Shown: piece by piece, positions 62,260 through 64,000 of the stretch
Numbering within the stretch: position 1 is the stretch's first letter
How the letters are laid out: every line of letters begins with the position of its first letter
NCBI GenBank assembly: GCA_965153455.1
Contig: OZ234493.1
Span: forward strand, 2,170,001 to 2,234,000
Source of the DNA: Sphagnum compactum
Taxonomy: Eukaryota
Reading direction: 5' to 3'
Length of the DNA stretch: 64,000 nucleotides
Translations under genes and position numbers: made by a program
The notes under the pieces: model-generated
What the model was told of the DNA's origin: nothing
Databases searched by the model: none
What the model saw: the letters and a program-made list of their open reading frames with translations, nothing else

Positions 62260-64000
62260 GGTTTTTCTTTCTTCCTCCTATTGTAGATCCTTTTGGATGA
62301 AATTTGTGAAAAAAAATGAAGTGCATATTTGATCCAAACAAATATGTGTTTTGTAGGGGTTTTTAAAATTCTTCTTTCAATGAAATTTGTGCTTTTTTAG
62401 CGGTTTTTATTTCTTCTTCCAACTATAGCTCATGTTTGGATGACATTTGTGCTTTCTAAGGGTTTGTTTGGTTCCTCTAACTTCAACTCTTTTGGATGAA
62501 ATTTGTGCAAAAACTGAATTGCATATTTCATCCAATTTGTAGGTCTTTTTTCGATGAGATTCATTTTTGTTGGCGATTTTTTATTACCCCCATTGTAACT
62601 TTTTTGGATGAAATTAGTGTAGAAAATGAATGTGTACATTTCATCCACCACAACTTTTCTATTTGGATGAAATTTGTGCTAAAAATAAAGTGCATACTTA
62701 ATCCAAATTGCAACTCTTTTGCATAAATTTGTGCAGCTCTTTTCAATGGAATTTGTGCAAAAAAAAACTTTGCATATTTCATCCAAACCACAACTCTTTT
62801 GATGAATTTTTGTTTTCTAGGGTTTTGTTTTCCTTCCAACTGTAGCATTTGTGGATCATATTTGTGCTAATTTTTAGGGATTTTTTTCTCTTGTAACTAG
62901 AACAACTCTTTTGGATGAAAATAATGTTTTCTAAAGGTTTTGTTTCCCTAAATTAACCCCATATGAAATCGTTGGACACCAACTACATCCTAGGAAGCTA
63001 CTTTTACATCCAAGATATTCAAGATATTCTAGGTAAGGGGACATGTGATTTTAGTTTTGTGAATCTCAAAGATTAAAAGTTGGACGGAGAGTTACATTCT
63101 ACCAAATTGTTTATTTCATACAATGTAGTTGACAATGACTTTTTAAAGTCATTATTTTCATCCAAATGCGAACTCCTTTTTAAGAAACTATGGCTCTTCT
63201 AGGGCACATTTTCATCCAAAATCTTTTCACGCAATCCATCCAACAAGTAATGATTAAAGTTGCATATGAAATAGTTGGAAAAAAATTCATCCATCCTACC
63301 AAGTTACTTAATTTTTACATCCGAATGTAAAAACTTTTAGGTAATCACCAAATGGAACAAGTCTTTTTCTTTTTTTAATCAAATATTATGGGAGCTTTTG
63401 TGATTTAATTTTGCGATAAAATAGATATGTGAATACACTTAATGCAAGCCATTACCCTTAATTTAATCAACATTTACTATTATCAATATATAAGCATTAG
63501 CAATCCATGATAAGATATAACGTGTATTAAAGATTAATATTAGTTTTAGAAGATAACTTTAATTTTTAAAGTATGCATCATGTACATACTTGCAACTAGT
63601 TTTTGGCTTTAAATAATTTTCAAGAGAAGAAGTGGCAAATTTTAAATAAATAAATAAATAAATAAAATGACTTCACCTTTTCAAATTTTCAATAAATCTT
63701 GAAATATCATAGTGGGGTTGTCGAAGCCAATCTTTTGAAAGAAAATATATTTTCACAAAATATGTCAATTATTGGTATAGTTGATATTTTCAATGCAATG
63801 CAAATCAATATGTTTCCAATTGTAATCACGAAACAAAATATTCCCAAAAAACATTTTATTGATATACACCAACACACCCATGGTGGCTACAATATATTTG
63901 CTCTAAATATGTATGGAAATACGTCTCGCCATTCATATTTTTCATTTGTTTAGCCACAAGCTCATGAATGATTTGATATAAACATGTGAATATTATTTCA
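62260..64000. mobile_element. Start of an unclassified repeat/TE copy (GGATGAAA subrepeats plus the inverted-repeat arm), truncated by the window end
   Basis: 62260-62940 is a direct copy of 48700-49430; 62947-64000 is an inverted copy of 55821-56610. Confidence 0.6.

Overview
Eukaryotic, intron-containing plant nuclear DNA. It is probably a bryophyte and Sphagnum-like, an inference from intron and repeat style and TTTAGGG telomere motifs. Four intact protein genes can be spliced by eye with GT-AG junctions and consistent phases. (1) A + strand, 8-exon, 618-aa homolog of the bacterial LPS-export permease LptF/LptG (YjgP/YjgQ family), cyanobacterial-looking, with a long Ser-rich transit-peptide-like N-terminus (1275-4837). 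(2) A - strand, 7-exon NPH3-type BTB/POZ phototropin-signalling gene ending in -WRNSIS (6167-10632). (3) A - strand, 2-exon Hikeshi/OPI10 (DUF775) gene (36112-37004). (4) A - strand, 6-exon peroxisomal short-chain dehydrogenase of the SDRa/IBR1/DHRS4 type ending in -SRL (44299-48428). The rest is AT-rich intergenic DNA full of transposon debris: a complete 774-bp non-autonomous Helitron just upstream of the LptF/G gene, a decayed CRE/R2-type non-LTR retroelement, a decayed pogo-like transposase, Tourist-like MITEs, a CACTA-like foldback hairpin, a Penelope-like RT fragment inside an SDR intron, minisatellites, interstitial telomere repeats and a large nested direct/inverted repeat (48.6-64 kb). 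The standout is the spliced nuclear LptF/G gene, which hints at a retained, probably plastid, Lpt-type glycolipid export machine in a land plant. All family assignments rest on motif recognition, without database searches.
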